NCBI RefSeq assembly: GCF_009914755.1
Contig: NC_060945.1
Reading direction: 5' to 3' (one strand)
DNA: 64,000 nt
Origin: the human T2T-CHM13v2.0 reference genome, Homo sapiens
Shown here: positions 52,058-64,000 of the stretch, one piece after another
How the letters are laid out: each line of letters begins with the position of its first letter
How positions within the stretch are numbered: position 1 is the stretch's first letter
Position numbers and translations under genes: made by a program
The notes under the pieces: model-generated
Database searches by the model: none
Told to the model about the DNA's origin: nothing
What the model saw: the letters and a program-made list of their open reading frames with translations, nothing else

Positions 52058-52448
52058 ATAAAGAAAATGTGGTAGATATATACTGTGGAATACTACTCAG
52101 CCATAAAAAAAAACCAAAATAATGTCTTTTGCAGCAACTTAGATGGAGCTGGAGGCCATTATGCTAAGTGAAGTAACTCGGGAATGGAAAACCAAATATT
52201 GTATTTTTTCACTGATAAGTAGGCGCTAAGCTTTGAAGACACAAAGGGGTAAGAGTGATGTAATGAACTTTGGGAACTCAGGAAGGGGAAGGTTGGGAGG
52301 GGGTGAGGAATAAAAAACTACATATTGGGTGCAGTGTTCACTGCTTGGGTAGTCGGTGCATTAAAATCCTGAGATTTTAATACCCACCAAAGAACTTATC
52401 TATGTAACCAAAAAGCACCAGTACCCCAAAAACTATTGAAATTAAAAA
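52058..52448 (+). mobile_element. L1PB-like 3' end, 5'-truncated
   Basis: L1PB 3' UTR; 16-bp TSD AAT(G/A)TTGACCACTTCC at 52042-52057 and 52449-52464. Confidence 0.9.
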
Positions 52449-52489
52449 AATATTGACCACTTCCTTACACAGGTGGCTATAAACGTAGC

Positions 52490-52710
52490 TCTTACAATCA
52501 AATCCGGGCTATGCTACTATAGTTGGGTGAACTCTGGCAAATACATTCATATCTATGAATCCAACATACTCATTTATAAAATGTGGTTCATAATAGCACC
52601 TACTGCCTAGAGTTGCTATGTGAGATTAAATGAGAATTTTTTTAGCATGTTCAAGAATTTATCTCAATGTGTGTCACAGAATAAACACCCAATACCTGGT
52701 AGGCGCTACT
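52490..52710 (+). mobile_element. MIR
   Basis: ctcatttataaaatgtgg...aatagcacctac...gtgagattaaatgag core. Confidence 0.75.
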
Positions 52711-55397
52711 TCTGTGACACTCTTCCTTCCCCATGCTTCACGGCACCGGCATCGTGGGGCTGTCTGCTGTCGCCATGCCTGCTGCAACAGCCTCTCGATG
52801 GCCACCCTGGAACCAGCCTGTCCCCATTCATACCCTGCTTGCAAGTTGCTGCCAAGATATTTTTTCATAGCTATATCGAGGTATAATTGACCTACCACAG
52901 ATGACTCATGTTTAAAGTGTACAATTTTATAAGTTTTGGCACAGCTACATACCTGTGAGCCAGCCCCACAATCCTGTAGTGAACCTACACATCACCCTTG
53001 GAAAGTTTCCACGTGCACCTTTGCAGCTGTTCTCTCTTGCCCTTCTCCCTACCCTCCCTTAACCAGGCAGCCACTGACTGTGGTATGCTGCTTTAGATTA
53101 ATTTGCATTTTCTAGAGTTTTATATAAATGAAACATTCAGTATAGACTTTTTTTTTTTTACTGACTTGTTTCACTCTGTGTAAACATTGTGAGATTTATT
53201 CATCCTGTTTTGTGTATAGTACATTCCTTTCTTCCTCCTATTATTCTATTGCATGGACATATCAAATTTGTTTATCCATTTCTCTATTGATAAACATTTC
53301 AGTTGTTTCTGGTTTTGGTTAATATAAATCAAGCTGCTACGAACAGTTGTGTACAAGTCTTTTTAGGGACGTGTGATAATTTTTTTCTTGGATAGATACC
53401 TCGGAGTAAGTAGAATGTCTGGATCATATAGTAGGTATATGTTTAATTATTTAACAAACTGCCATACTTTTTTCCAAAATGTTTTTGTTTTGTTTTGTTT
53501 TTACCATTTTATTCCCACCAGCAGTGTAGAAGAGTTCTAATTGCTCCATATCTTTGCCAATACTTAGTATGGTCAGTCTTTTTAATTAATCAAATGGGTA
53601 CGTATCACATTGTGATTTTAATTTGCTTCCCTAACGACTAGTGATGTTGAGTATTTTTTTTCATGTGTTTATTTGCCATCTGCACATCTTTTTTATGAAC
53701 TGTCCAAATATTTTACCCATTATTAAAAGTCTGTCTTCTATTTTTTAATTTTGAAAGTTAAATATATATATATTCTGGATACAAGGGCTTTATCACATAT
53801 ATATGCTTTACAAGTATTTTCTCTGAATCTATGGTTTATCTTTTGTTGTTAACTGTAGACTACTTTTTAGAGAAGCTTTAGGTTTATGCAAAAATTGAAT
53901 AGAAAGCACTGAGTTCTCATATACTCTCCCTTTTTTCATTTCCCCTGTTATTAACATACTGTATTAGTGTGGCTCATTTGTTATAATTGATGAACCAATA
54001 GTGATACATTATTTTTAACTAAAGTCCGTAGTTTACATTTGTAACTCTTGGTGTTGTACATTCTATCTGTTTGGCTAAATGTGTAATGACATGGGTCCAC
54101 CATTATAATATCATACAGAGTCGTTTCACTGCTCTAAAAATCTGTGGTCTACTTCTTCATCCCTCCCTCCCCCAAACCCCTGGTAACCAGTATCTATTGT
54201 CTGCCTTTATTGTCTACTGTCCGCTTTTTCCAGAATGTTGTATAGCTGCAATCATACAGTATGTAGCCTTTTCAAATTGGCTTCTTTCACTTAGCAATAT
54301 GCAATTTAGTTTCCTGTGTTTCCTTTTATTAATGAACAGTATTTCCTTGTATAAATGTACCACAGTCAGTTTAGCTGTTTACCTATTAAAAGACATCTGG
54401 GTTGCTTCCAAGTTTTGGCAACTATGAATGAAGTTGCTATAAATACTCGTGTGCAGGGTTTTGTGTAGATGTAAGTTTTCAACTTGTTTGGATAAATACC
54501 AAGGAGTAAGCTTGCTGGATTGTATGGTAAGACTATGTTTAGCTTTCTAAGAAGCCATCAAATAAAAAAGGGGCCATACTATTTTGATTCTCATGTGGTT
54601 TGTCTTTTCATTCTCTGAAGTCTCTTGAAGAGCAGAAATTGTTGATTTGATGAAGCCCAATTTAACAACTTGTTGTTTTGTTTGTGCTTTTTTTGTCTTA
54701 TCTAAAAATTCTTTTGTTTATTCAAAGTCACAAAGATTTATCCTCATATTTTTTTTTCTCTAGAAGTTTTAAGTTTAGGTTATGCATGTAGGTCTAAGAT
54801 CCATTTTGAATTAAATTTGTCCATAGTGAAATGCATGATTTGTAGTTTATTTTTGTTTTTGAATGTGGATAACCAATTAATTGTTCCAGCACCATTGGTG
54901 AAGACTGTCCTTTCTTCAAGGAATTACCTTTGCATTTTATTTTTGTCAAAAATCAGTTGTCCATTCTTGTTTGGGTCTGATTCCAAACTCTCTGTTCTGC
55001 TCCATTCCTTCATGTATCTATCTACCTGCCAGTACCACACTGCTGTGGTTATTATGGTTTTATAATATTTCTTGAAATCACATAGTGTTAGCCCTCCAAC
55101 TTTATTCTTCATACTCAAAGTTGCTTTGATTATTCTAGGTTCTTTGCATTTCCAAATTAATTTCAGGATTGTTTTCTCAATTATTGCAAAAAAATCTCTC
55201 TGGGATTTTGATTGAAATTGTTTTGACTTTACAGATAAATTTGGGGAACATTTACTTTTTGAAAATATTGAGTCTTATGACCCATAAAAGAGGTTTAACT
55301 CTCCCTTTATTTGTGTCTTCTTTAATTTCTGTCAGGATTTTTTTAGTTTTCAGTTTAGAAGTTATTCACATCGCTTGTCATATTCGTCCCTAAATAT

Positions 55398-55795
55398 CTC
55401 TTAGCCTGTTTTCTGGTGTTATAACTGCATACCTGAGACTGGGTAATTAAGAAATTGATTTCTTGCAGTCGAAGAGGCTGGAAAGTCCAAGATGGAGGGT
55501 CTGCATCTGGTGAGGGCCTTCTTGTTGTGTCACAACATGGTGGAAAGCATCACTGGGCAAGAGGACACATGAGAGAGAGTGAAACTGACTTTTATAACAG
55601 ATATCTTCTAGTGATAACTATGCCACTCCTGTGATAACCCATCCATCCATTAATTCATGAATGGATTAGTCCATTCATGAGGGCAAAGCTCTCATGACCC
55701 AATCAATTCTTGAAGGCCCAACCTCTTAATACTATTACATTGGGGATTAAGTTTCAACATGAGTTTCAGAGGAGACAAACATTAAAACCAAAGCA
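55398..55795 (-). mobile_element. MST (B2/C-like) LTR
   Basis: atacctgagactgggtaatt...ctgcatctggtgagggccttcttg...aagtttcaacatgagttt. Confidence 0.8.
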
Positions 55796-55800
55796 GTATT

Positions 55801-56090
55801 GGCCAGGTGCCATGGCTCATGCCTGTAATCCCAGCACTTTGGGAGGCCAAGGCAGGCAGATCACCTGAGGTCAGGAGTTTGAGACCAGCCTGGCCAACAT
55901 GGTGAAACCCCATCACTACTAAAATTACAAAAATTAGCTGGGTGTGGCGGTGCATGCCTATAATCCCAGCTGCAGGAGAATTGCTTAAACCTGGGAGGTG
56001 GAGGTTGCAGTGAGCTCCACCACTGCACTCTGGCCTGGGCAACAGAGTGACAGAGGGTTGAGACTCCATCTCAAACAAGAAAAAAAAAAA
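55801..56090 (+). mobile_element. AluS (Sx/Sz-like) with internal deletions
   Basis: Alu dimer lacking about 15 bp after taatcccagct; TSD AAAGCAGTA. Confidence 0.92.
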
Positions 56091-56800
56091 AGCAGTAACT
56101 TATTGTTCATTGCTGGTGTATATCAATACAATTGGTTTTTTGTATATTTTTCTTGTATCTGAAAGCTTGAAAATTCACTTAGTTCTAGTAGCTGTTTTGT
56201 ATGTTTCTAAGGATTTTCTACATAAATGATCCTGTCATGTGTGAATAAAGACAGTTCTACTTCTTTCTTTCCAATGTTGATGCCTCTGATTTCTTCTTGC
56301 CTCATTGCACTGGCCAGAACCTCTAGTACAATGTTGAATCAAACAGTGAGAGCAGACATCCTTGTCTTGTTCCTGATCTTTGGGATAAAGCATCTAGTCT
56401 GTCACTGTTAAGTATGACATTAACTGTGGGATTTTTTGTATATGCTTTTTAACAAGTTGAGGAAGTTCTCTTCTGTTCTTAGTTTGCTGAGCATTTTTAC
56501 CAGGAATGGGTGTTGGAATTCGTTACATGCATTTCTGTGTCTGTTGGGATAATCATGTTTTTTCTTATTTTTTAGTTTGTTAATATAGTGAATTATATTG
56601 TTTTCTGAATATGAAAACAATCCTGCATTCTTGGATGAATCCCACTTTGTCACAATATGTCATCATTTTAATACATTATTGAATTTGATTTGCTATTTAA
56701 AATTTTTTTTGCATGTTTGTTCATGAGGGATATTGGTCAATAGTTTTCTTTTCTTGTGATGTGACTTTAGTATCAGTGGGATGCTGGCCTGAAACAATGA

Positions 56801-57155
<355 letters not shown>

Positions 57156-57934
57156 GGCATTTTTTTTCTTCCTTAAATGTTTAATAGAATTCACTAGTGA
57201 AGCCATCTGGGCCTGGAGTTTTCTTTGTGGGGAGGTTTAAAATATAAATTTAATTTCTTTTTTATATAGGGCTATTCAGGGGCATTGCTAGCCTGTAAGT
57301 CATTTCCTGAAGCTCCCCTCCATCTCTCCCCTGAGCCTGGGGGTAGTGGACAATTCCAGTTCTTCCAGAATAGAAAGCTCATCTTCCTGCAATGTGCACA
57401 TTTTCACCTCATTCTCACCAGTTCTCTTTGACCTCAATCCCCAACTACTTTATTTGGATGCCTTTTCTAAGATGTGATAATGCAAACTTTCAGCTGTTCA
57501 TGCCCTTTCCTCGTAATCCATAGTCTTGTTTGTATTTGGTCTCCTTCACCTTTTCCTGGGTCCCTGGGGATCTTTGACAGCTCTCATGCAAATTCTGGTA
57601 TTTTCTAAAGTCAGAAAAGCTAGGGAGAAAATGAGAACATCCTTGTGTTGGAATCCAGTATCCTGGGGAATTAGGAATCTTGATTAGTCCAAAGAGGTAA
57701 GAAGGAAATGTCAGCTGATATTGGTGTCTGGTCTACTTAATACACAGGAGGGAAGCTGCCCTTGAAGACAGAATGAGCAAAAGCGCCTCTCCCTGATACC
57801 CCGTCTCCCTTGCCATCTTCAGTGGCAGTCTTTCCTTTTCCAGGACTCTTCCTACCAATCAATATGACAAGCCTTGGACAGTCAGCAAGCGATAGTAATA
57901 TTATGATTTTTTTGTCTTGTAATCTATTGGCTCT

Positions 57935-58040
57935 TACACTTTAATCACCATCAGAATTGCTTGGAGGGCTTGTTAAAACACAGGTTATTGGGCCCAACTC
58001 TTAGACTTTTTGATTTATTAGGTCCAGGGTGAGGCCTTAG
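57935..58040. mobile_element. MER5A fragment
   Basis: catcagaattgcttggagggcttgttaaaacacag...gggccca. Confidence 0.7.
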
Positions 58041-59555
58041 GAAGGAAGAAAGAGGAGGCTGCAGAAATGTCACAATCCTGAGATCATAGACTGTCACAAG
58101 CTAGAACTACCTATGGAACAATGTCTCAAATAGGTGAATGTGTGTAGGCTTTGCGTCTGGTAACCATGGTTACCATGGGCACAGGGAGAGAAGCTTCACA
58201 CTAAAGAGTGAGCAGTAAATAACGGTGGAAGAGCCTCCTCCCGTTGTCTACAGGGAGTCTGGGCAGGGGGCTGCTGGGATACAATGCAGGGATTGTGTCT
58301 CAAGACTGTAAATGAAAGACACAATTCCTTGCTTGCGGCCTTGGTGTTCTTTGCTACTGCGGGCCTCTTGTATGGCTAACCAGTTGATCATTGTCAAGAA
58401 ATGGAATGGCTCATAGACACGCACTGCCTCCTCAGATCTCCTGGTGGTCCCTGCTGCAGGAGAGAAGACCTCAGGACTGTGAGAAAGCGGGACCACTTCT
58501 CTTAGCATGAGGACCTTAAAGAACTGGTGTAGGTTGTTAGCAGTTGTGGCAGCCTGCTGCCTTGGTTATGACATCTGGCCCTTGCTGAAATGGAGAAGGT
58601 TGAGCCCATCCCCAGGAGTTAGGATGCACAGGTGGGGAAGCTCCCAGAACTCCTTGCCTGGGAGGGAAGGCAGGTGCATAGAGTCTTGGCTTAGCCCCCG
58701 AGTCTCTCTGTGTCTGGCAGCTCTCACTGAGGACCACACACAGGCCCCAGATGCTCCACCTGGGCCTTGATCCTGTGCTCAGCTCCACCTCCCTTTACAG
58801 CAGATGCCACCTGCTCCTGCTTTTATGATCTAGCTACCAATTTCCCATTTCCCTTCTGCGTGCAAGCTGTGGAAAATCTCTCAAAGAAGATACTAGACCT
58901 TTTGTTCTAGGAAAGAATTTATATATGCTTAAAATAAAATTCCTTTTACTCTGATGGTAAAAGTTAACCTGGGCCGCTGTCCCAGACTACCTTGAGTCCT
59001 TTTAGTTTTTAAATTTTTTTTTCCCATTCATTCAGGAAGCATTTAATGAATGTCTCCTGGATACCGAGCACTGTGACGTGGAATCAACAAGAAAGGTCCG
59101 TGACTTCAGGAAGCTGAGATAGCTCACAATCTAGCCAGAGAATTGGAGATAAACAGACAATTTTAATATAATATGAAAGAACTAGGATACGTGTGTGTTC
59201 AGGGTGGTCTAGGAGCACAGAGGAAAATCTAATGCAATCAGAAAAGGCTTCTTGGAGGAGGTGGCCCCTGGGATTAGCCTGGAAATATGAATAGTATTCA
59301 CTAGTTCAGAATGGGGACAAGACATTTCAGGGAGAGGGAAAGGTATGAACAGAGGAACAAAGGCAAGAAATAGCAATGTGTATATGTCTGTGCATATGTG
59401 TTTGTGTCTGTGCATTCATAGGTTGTACATGTGTTTGTTACTGCATGCATATTTATGTGTGTGTACATGTGCATATGTGGATGTGTTATTGCATGTGTTC
59501 ATGTGTGCAAAAGTGTATTTGTGTGTGCATGTCTGTATGTGTGGGTGTGTGGATG

Positions 59556-60303
59556 TGATTTGATTTGGATGTGTGTCCCTCCAAATCTCATGTTGAAATG
59601 TGATCTGCAGTGTTGGAGGTGGAGCCCAGTGGGAGGTATTGGATCATGAGGGAAGATTCCTTATGAGTGGCTTAGTGCAGGGGCTGGGGACTGGGACCGC
59701 TCTGTGGCCTGTTAGGAACCCGCCAAGCAGCAGGAGGTGAGTGGTGGGTGAGCGAGCATTACTGCCTAAGCTCCGCCTCCTGTCAGATCAGCAGTGGCAT
59801 TAGATTCTTATAGAAGCATGAACCCTATTGTAAGGTTCACAACTGCACATGCGAGGGATCTAGGCTGCAGATTTCTTATGAGAATCTAATGCCTGATGAT
59901 CTGAGGTGTAACAGTTTCATCCTGAAACTATCCCCCCACCACCATCCCTGGTCTGTGGAAAAATTGTCTTCCATGAAACCAATCCCTGGTGCCAAAAAGG
60001 TAGGGGACCACTGGCTTAGAGTATCCTCTAGTTAATGAGTGAGTTCTCACTCAGTTAGTTCATGCAAGAACTGTTTTTTAAAACTCCTCTCTCTCTTGCT
60101 TCCTCTCTTTCATGTGATGTTCTGGCTCCCTCTTTGCCTTCCGCCATGATTGTTGGCTTCCCGAGACCTCACCAGAAGCCCAGCAGATGCTGGTGCCATG
60201 CTTCCTGTACAGCCTGCAGAACCATGAGCCAAATAAACCTCTTTTCTTTATAAATTACCCAGCCTCAGGTATTCCTTTATAGCAATGCAAATGAACTAAT
60301 ACA
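59556..60303 (+). mobile_element. MSTB-like solo LTR
   Basis: TG...TAATACA; perfect 5-bp TSD GGATG at 59551-59555 and 60304-60308. Confidence 0.9.
59678..60013. mobile_element. MER1B hAT-Charlie transposon nested in the MST LTR
   Basis: CAG...CTG termini, MER1B body; 8-bp TSD GCTTAG(T/A)G. Confidence 0.9.
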
Positions 60304-60709
60304 GGATGTATGTGTGCAGGTATGCATATGTGTTTGTGTCTATATGTGTATATGTGGGTGTGTGCATGTGTGTTCGTGTATTTGTGTGTGCATGTGTGTT
60401 TGTGTGTATGTATCTGTATATGTGTACATGTGTGTATGTGTTCATCTGTGTGGGTGTGTGTGAGGGCATGCATGCCTTCACAGTGAGACTGGCAAAGGAG
60501 GGGTGGAAGCAAGGAATATGAGCAGTTCTGTATTTCTGAATCTGGTGGGGACAGATCATGGAGATCCTTGAGCACCACATTGAGAAAGCTGGCTCTGGGT
60601 TATTTTTCTAGCAACCCACTGAATGATATTTAGGGAGGTGGTACCTGATAGAAAAGGTCAGGCTGTAAACCTGGTTAAGCCTTTGGAAGTTGTCTCAAGT
60701 GGAGCTCCC

Positions 60710-60773
60710 CAGAGGCAGCGTCTGGGCAGGGTTCAGAAGCACAGAGGCAGCGCCTGGGCAGGGTTCAGAAGCA
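60710..60773. repeat. 32-bp tandem duplication (2 copies, 31/32 identical)
   Basis: CAGAGGCAGCG(T/C)CTGGGCAGGGTTCAGAAGCA x2. Confidence 0.95.
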
Positions 60774-61254
60774 TGTGGTTTCTAGAGGGCTGCTTTCAGG
60801 AGATGGAAGCACAGTGGAGCAGGGGATGATGCCAGGCAGGGCTGTGGTCTCAGCTGGAGCCTGCTGAAGCCTGACCCTACCAAGAGATCTGAAGGGAGAC
60901 CCCACTACAGAGCTGGTCCTGCCTGTAGGAAAGGGTGTGGCATTCTGAACCTGGAATTGGTCAGTTACTGGCTGCAGGCTGAGGAAGGGTGATGGTGAGG
61001 CGGTGCATTGATGGCCAAGGCCAATGCTCCAGAGAGAGGTCAGCTGTGAGCATTTGTCAGGCAGCGCCTGTTGGGAGGGTGCACTGCCTGGGCAAAGGGG
61101 CACCAACAACATCTAAAACAGTGCAGAGTACTTTTGTCAGTTCCCTGAGAAGTTCTAGCCTTTTGAGTTGCTTCAATTTAATGCTGGTTGCTTTAATTGA
61201 AAAAAAAATTATTTGTTCAGCATCTTCTGGGAACTAATACCCTCAATGACTATG

Positions 61255-61280
61255 TTATTATTATTATTATTATTATTATT
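61255..61280. repeat. (TTA)8 microsatellite
   Basis: Directly visible. Confidence 0.9.
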
Positions 61281-61605
61281 TGCAGAATACTTTGCAGCTT
61301 CCACATTTGATTGCTAAATTTTTAGATTACTGTTTTGCAGTTAGTTTTATGCAAAAAATTACTTCTGTAGCATTTCAGATAGAAAAGAGACCTTCTTTTC
61401 ACCAAAGCCTTAAAAGATATTTTCAAGTTGAGTAAGATGGGCTTTGATTTGATGAAACCTCTACCTGAGAAGCCAACAATATACAGATGCAGATTCTTCC
61501 CTATGGGGCTTTGATGCACAGCTTTCCTGCCTGTAACTCATGAGGAGTGAGGATGGGGAGGCGGAGCCAATCATGAAGCCAGTCATGAAACCAGCATTTG
61601 GCTAT

Positions 61606-61999
61606 TGTTAAAGAGAAATGATTCTGACACTTATTAAAATGGTAAGGAACACTTTATCAAGACTATTGCAATTGGGGGACACAGACAGAACTCAAATGCA
61701 AACACAGCAAGATTGAAGCCAAGAGCAGAGTGAGGGGGGTTGACACCTGAAAAATTTCAAAGAGGAGACATCCAGGTAGGGGAGGGGATTCTTCCTAAAT
61801 TGGCCTAATGGGATTCTTGCTAAAGGCACCCAGGGACCCGGACTTTAAGGGTGGCAGATCTTCTCTAAACTCATCTAGCAAAATTCTTTGCTAAAACTGG
61901 ACTTGCAAGGACAGACAAGGAAGGCCAAGGCGGAAGATTAGTGGAGAAGAGGGCTCCAAGACGCCTGCCTAAGGTCTGGCCAAGGAGGAGTCTTTATCA
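61606..61999 (-). mobile_element. MER31-like ERV1 solo LTR
   Basis: Reverse complement starts TGATAAAGACTCCTCCTTGGCCAGACCTTAGGCAGG, MER31-like; TSD CTAT/CCAT. Confidence 0.7.
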
Positions 62000-62804
62000 C
62001 CATCGTACCCCACTGCAGACATCCCAAGAATTTGTCTCTGAACCTTGAAGCTTGGAAAGCAATGGGGCTAAAAATTAGTCATCACAAAGTTAGCTTTGCC
62101 TGGAGACCCTGGAAGCTTAATACGAGGCAGACAAAACCAAAATGAAGAGCAGCCGTGACCCCACTAATCTTGAGGAAAAGCAAGGCTCAGTCTTCAAGAA
62201 TAGCAGAGATGCCGTTGTCATCTCCAGCATGATTCAGAATAGTGAGGCAGCAGGGAAGATGAAGATTGCAAGGAGTTGAAATTCCGTGGCATGGCTGTTC
62301 AGGTGCTTAGGACTTTAATTTTAAAATTTCCCAGTTTTAACCCTGTGTTATGTTCTACTTTTAGGTGCTTGGTGAAGCAGCATTTACTTGTTAAGCAGAG
62401 CATGGGACGGTTGATAGCAAAGGGGCGGCCCTGTCTTGCTGTGGGGGAGGAAACATATTCCAAAGACCACGCAGCTCTGTTGAAAAATGCCAGGAAAGGC
62501 TCAACTTGAAACACCAAGAAAATAATGTGTTTTAAATAATATCCACCTCTTCCTCAAATCTATTTTTAAAAAAACAACAACACTGGAAACTCTATCTTTA
62601 ATCTTCGATTCTTCTGGAGAAATTATCCTCCCAGGTTGCATTAGAAAAGTAGCTTATACTGCACTTAGGCCATCAGAGTAAGAGCCTGTGATGGGGTTTA
62701 TTTGTGGCTGTCTGTCACCTCTCAGGCAAACAGGCATCATCAGCTCGGTTGTAGACACAAGGCTAGGCCTGGCCCAAATATGTGGAATTTAATCACTGAT
62801 GTTT

Positions 62805-63370
62805 CACAGTGATGCCTGTTACTAAGTGAAAGAAGGCAGTCTGAAAAGGCTACATGCTGTACGATTTCAACCACCTGCCACTCTGGAAAAGGCAAAACTT
62901 CGGAGACGGTAAAGAGATCAGTAGCTTCCAGGGGTTGGGGTAGAGAAAGGGATAGATAGGCATAGCACAGAGGATTTTTGCAGCAGTGAAAATTCTCTGG
63001 GTGATACCATAATGATGGATCTATGTCATTAGCCACTTGTTCAAACCCACAGAATGCACTCTGGGGGATAGTGATGGGTCAGGTTGGGTTTTGTGTGATG
63101 GAGGCATGGAGAGCAGCAGACGCTCAACATTGACAACTCCTGGCTGTTGCACTCCGTGATGCATGCTGACTTTTGCTATTTTTTAATGGCAAAAGAACAT
63201 GCTTTGGTTTTGTTTTAGGAGGAGAGGGATTGAAGGAACCAAGGGTGGCTGTGGGGGAGATTCAGAAACTCAAGGCTAGATGGGACTTGGCTGGATTTTG
63301 GAGTTCAAGAGGTTAACAGGACTGAGTTTAGGTAAATCTGTCCTCTCCATATTGCTTGATATATTGTGGG

Positions 63371-63401
<31 letters not shown>

Positions 63402-63600
63402 TGTGTGTGAATGTTAAAAAACAATCAGTGTAAAATTTATCCATCATAACAAATACACCCCTCTGGTGGGGGATGTTGATAGTGGGGGAGGCTGTGCATG
63501 GGAGGGAGTGGAGGATATATGGGGAATCTCTGCATGTTTTGTTCAATTTGCCATGAACTTGAAACTGCTCTAAAAAAGAAAAATCTATTTAAAAAATATA
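62805..63600 (+). mobile_element. L1MC-like 3' fragments (interrupted about 63060-63420, including a (TG)n at about 63371-63408)
   Basis: actaagtgaaagaaggcagtctgaaaaggctacat...ggggatgttgatagtgggggaggctgtgcatg...aaactgctctaaaaa. Confidence 0.8.
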
Positions 63601-64000
63601 TGCAGTACACTGTGTTAGTGGCACATGGGTTGGGAAGAGGGAATACTGGCCTTGGTTTAGGCCCATAGGAGATGTGCTTCCTTCCCATCCCCCATATTCT
63701 CTCACATAGACTTAATTACTAGGCCTGTCTTTCTACTTGTACAATCGATTCTCATTATTCCAAGCAGTTAAGTTCTGTAACATTGCCAAAAAAAGAAAAC
63801 TGAATTAGTCAATACTGAACTTCTGCTCCCAGGAGAAATCTAGGATTATGTTCCTGCGAGCCTCTGGTCACAATATCTTTGTCAGCCCATCAATACATAA
63901 CGTTGTTTTATGTGTGTTTCTGTTTAAAGACTACTTATTTATTATATATTGTTGATTAATTAACATGGAGCTCACAGCCAACAGAACTATATAACACATG

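Larger units (their letters stand above)
59375..60475. repeat. Degenerate (TG/TA)-rich repeat split into two blocks (59375-59555 and 60304-60475)
   Basis: Directly visible on both sides of the MST LTR. Confidence 0.85.
59020..60650 (-). mobile_element. L2 fragment interrupted by a TG-rich repeat and MST/MER1B
   Basis: cattcattcaggaagcatttaatgaatg...aaggcttcttggaggaggtgg; resumes after about 60480. Confidence 0.65.

Noticed and set aside
59345-60580. Cys/Val- or His/Thr-rich ORFs (also near 4568-4908 and 44380)
   Set aside because: Translation artefacts of TG/CA repeats.
57300-64000. Exons of the neighbouring DSCR4 locus
   Set aside because: I recall DSCR4 lying upstream of KCNJ6 but could not identify any of its exons in this sequence.

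Overview
This is primate (human-type) genomic DNA, with no prokaryotic content and no supportable protein-coding exon. The central feature is a CpG-island promoter at about 29.1-30.6 kb carrying a minus-strand non-coding first exon (about 29,970 to 29,398, donor CAG|GTAAGC). I recognise this exon from memory as the 5' UTR exon 1 of KCNJ6 (GIRK2/Kir3.2, chr21q22); it was not checked by alignment. On that reading, positions 1-29,397 are KCNJ6 intron 1, the ATG-bearing exon 2 lies outside the window, and 30-64 kb is upstream intergenic DNA dense in Alu, L1, L2, MIR, MaLR/ERV LTRs and DNA transposons, several nested and with visible target-site duplications (TSDs). I found no convincing new biological system. 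The best leads are regulatory: (1) a candidate cryptic exon immediately downstream of a UG-rich tract (TDP-43-type architecture) at 4,688-4,572; (2) a strong REST RE1 site in an intronic CpG patch, near an RFX X-box and a Z-DNA-prone repeat; (3) three uORFs in exon 1, one in strong Kozak context; (4) two perfect sense-strand 5' splice sites, one resembling a recursive site; (5) a perfect SETMAR/Hsmar1 binding site; (6) a possible divergent transcript. Repeat subfamily names and boundaries were assigned by eye and are approximate.
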